Shown here in pieces: positions 61,729 to 64,000 of a stretch of DNA of 64,000 nt (the stretch's first letter is position 1; each line of letters starts with the position of its first letter). The stretch is from Mantamonas sphyraenae STR306. Taxonomy: Eukaryota > Protista > CRuMs. The translations under genes were made by a program, and so were the position numbers. The stretch is taken from assembly GCA_026936335.1 (NCBI GenBank), contig JAPMXV010000031.1:1-64000 (forward strand). The letters run 5' to 3'. The notes below the pieces were generated by a model. The model saw nothing but the letters and a program-made list of their open reading frames with translations, ran no database searches and was not told the DNA's origin.

Positions 61729-61820
61729 GCTGGGAAGAAACCCTGTTGTTGAGTGCTGTGTTGAGGTGACAAACTCCACTGCCTGCGCTGTTTGAATACT
61801 CCTCTCTACTTTCGTGAGCG

Positions 61821-64000
61821 CTAGTCCTCGTCCACGTTGTACTTCTTTGACCATTGGCCGCCCTTCACGGCAGTCACGGGCTTGGACTTGCGTTTGGACT
61901 TGCCACCCTTGGACTTGCCCTCGTCCAACTCGATGTTCTCTGTGCCCTTGCTGGGGCCAACCACATCAACCTGGCGCGTCTTTGTGGCCCGGCGGCTAAT
62001 CCTGCGCGAGTTGCGGGTCGAGCCCGCTGCGCTTCCGCGCTCCACATCTCCCTCGTCGTCGGAATGGGAGTCCGTGTAGCCCGTAGTGCCGCACATGGCT
62101 GTCTTTCGCACACGTGTTGCTTCCTCGTCTGCGTCGCGGAAGTTGCCCAGGCTCTTAATGCGCTTCGCAAGCATCCCCGCCAGCACAACGGCCACAAACA
62201 TCAACACAGAGCCCCACAGCAGTCCACTCCACATCATGTACGCGCCTGGCGACAAATAGTTGCACAGACTGGCAAAGATGGCGTCAGCACGCGTCCCAAT
62301 GAACGCACAGCTGCCGTATCGGTCGAAATCAGTGATCTTGGCAATCAGCGCCTCCACTTGCGCCTGCGCTGGTTCCACCAGTGCCGCGTTCAGCGAGGAG
62401 ACCACTCCCTTTTGCATGACGGGAATGCCTGCTTCCAGATCGTTGGTTGCGTTTGTCAGCACCCCCACCTGTGCTGTGAGGTTCCCCAGCAGGTTGCCAG
62501 ATTCAGACTCGTTCACCTTCAGGCGCTGCAGCGTGAACTCTGTCGGCAGAATCAGGTTCGTGTCAATTGCAATGATGTGGTTGCGAATATTTTCGATGCT
62601 CAGGTTCAACTCGGCAATGGTTTCCACCACACTGCGATTCTTGGCAAGGGTCGTGTCCACCACAATCACAGCTGCCGTGAGCGACTCGTTGTTTGCCGAT
62701 GGGTAGTTGCTCTGATTGAAGCTGGAATAATTTGCTGCGACAAAGGACACGTTGCAGCAGGGCAGCAGCACGCTGTTCAACCCCTGGAATGCTGCGTCAA
62801 TCGCCCCGGACGAAAAGTTGAACGTGCCCAGCGAAATGTTGGCCCGTGCGGCGTCCAGATCCAGCAGGGTCTGCGTCAAGTTGAAGCCTGCACTTGTGGA
62901 GAAGTTGCTGTAGCTGACGTTGATGGAAGACAGGTTCTGGTTGTTGATGTCGTCCACCTGCGAGCCAAAGTTGAACGACTGGGAGATGTTGAATGAGTTG
63001 GACGCGTTGAAGTTGAACGTCAGGTCAGAGGTGTTGAAGCGGTCGCCCACATCAAACGCCTCTGTGAGCCCTGCGCCGTTGCGGCACTTTGTAAATACGG
63101 TTATCATGCCACCTGCGGTGCCACCGGCGGTGCTGTTGCTGCTGTTGCTACTTCCTCCGCCAGCAGCGCCGCCGACCAGAGGGGTCACGACACCCTCGAT
63201 GTCGTTGGTCAACAAGCACACATCCTCGGTGACCATGGCCATGGGTGCATACACCAGGGCCTGGGCGTGGACGAGGATGAGGAAAAAGATGAGCACGGGG
63301 GCAACGACCACGTAGATGATGCCCAACTTGAGAAAGACGGCCACGCCTGTGACTGCAAAGGCAACCAGGATGGCAGTCCACATAGTGGTCATGGCGGCCA
63401 CGCGGTAGCCGTTGTACAGAAGAACCTGTGGGTTGTACTTGACTGCATCCTCCTTGTACTTGCCAGCTTCCTTGCTCAGACCGTCGAGGATGTTTGTGAT
63501 TCCCGACAGACTGGAGTTGACGCTCTTGGTCACGTCGTTAAAGGTGTTGTTGACATCGCGAGTGATGTTTGCGGTCTGCGAATCGACGTCGTCGAGGAAA
63601 GAGGCCAGCGTTTCGTTGATGTCACGCGTCACGTTCTTGGGGTCGGGCGTGCTTGCGAGACGGTTGAGGATGTCGTCAAAGTCTGGGGTAGAGGTGATGT
63701 TGGGCAGGTCACTGGCATAGGAGCTCGTGTCCGGGAGACCGCCGATCTTGTACTGGCCATCGGTGACGTTCCTGAAGGTGACATTCTTGATTTCCTCATT
63801 GAGAAGAATCAGCTCGTCACGTGTGAGGTTCAGGGCGCGCGAGACGTTGGCAGTGCCGTTCTTCATGCCGAGCACGAGATTGGTCATGTTGAGCATCTGG
63901 CCGTCGAGGATGCTGAGCGAGGCGGTGATGTTGCCAACCAGCGGGTCGATGGCGGCGCTGATGTTGGGGCGGATCTCCTTGGTTTTGGTGTCTGTGAGTG
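61821..64000 (-). CDS. Prominin-like multi-pass membrane glycoprotein (5' end outside the window)
   Basis: Large loops dense in N-x-S/T sequons, paired TM helices followed by EDVC, then SCAFIG...LCNYL...MWSGLLW before the last TM. Confidence 0.7.
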   Translation of the reverse strand, partial: LTDTKTKEIRPNISAAIDPLVGNITASLSILDGQMLNMTNLVLGMKNGTANVSRALNLTRDELILLNEEIKNVTFRNVTDGQYKIGGLPDTSSYASDLPNITSTPDFDDILNRLASTPDPKNVTRDINETLASFLDDVDSQTANITRDVNNTFNDVTKSVNSSLSGITNILDGLSKEAGKYKEDAVKYNPQVLLYNGYRVAAMTTMWTAILVAFAVTGVAVFLKLGIIYVVVAPVLIFFLILVHAQALVYAPMAMVTEDVCLLTNDIEGVVTPLVGGAAGGGSSNSSNSTAGGTAGGMITVFTKCRNGAGLTEAFDVGDRFNTSDLTFNFNASNSFNISQSFNFGSQVDDINNQNLSSINVSYSNFSTSAGFNLTQTLLDLDAARANISLGTFNFSSGAIDAAFQGLNSVLLPCCNVSFVAANYSSFNQSNYPSANNESLTAAVIVVDTTLAKNRSVVETIAELNLSIENIRNHIIAIDTNLILPTEFTLQRLKVNESESGNLLGNLTAQVGVLTNATNDLEAGIPVMQKGVVSSLNAALVEPAQAQVEALIAKITDFDRYGSCAFIGTRADAIFASLCNYLSPGAYMMWSGLLWGSVLMFVAVVLAGMLAKRIKSLGNFRDADEEATRVRKTAMCGTTGYTDSHSDDEGDVERGSAAGSTRNSRRISRRATKTRQVDVVGPSKGTENIELDEGKSKGGKSKRKSKPVTAVKGGQWSKKYNVDED

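Overview
Left end of a chromosome from a GC-rich, very gene-dense microbial eukaryote. It has (CCCTAA)n telomeric repeats at 1-135, short GT-AG introns and the standard genetic code; the lineage cannot be identified from this window. I can support about 30 protein-coding genes and two identical, inverted tRNA-Trp(CCA) genes, with intergenic spacers mostly 30-110 bp. The subtelomere holds an unrecognised ~1,090-aa protein built from four copies of one domain, and two tandem LRR-ankyrin genes ending in an F-box/PRANC-like motif, one of them disrupted. Further in are conserved genes: VPS10, FHOD formin, BROX, EFG1, COG3, an IRE/Rim15-type kinase, RPB4, a giant SPRY-ZZ-PH-HECT ligase, a Patched/NPC1-like transporter, ATP6AP2, a PB1-UBA protein, GALE, Lines, FAD2 and a prominin-like protein. 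The most notable non-gene signals are: (i) a strand-locked saw-tooth C/G skew that reverses gradually inside one 11-kb gene and jumps at the tRNA genes, as expected from fixed replication origins; (ii) TGA stops embedded in an RTGAA motif that may double as the poly(A) signal; (iii) head-to-head genes with only ~35 bp between start codons. About 13 single-base frameshifts, nearly all fixable in short homopolymers or microsatellites, are most likely assembly errors, and gene models were corrected for them. All family calls are from recognising motifs by eye; no searches were run.
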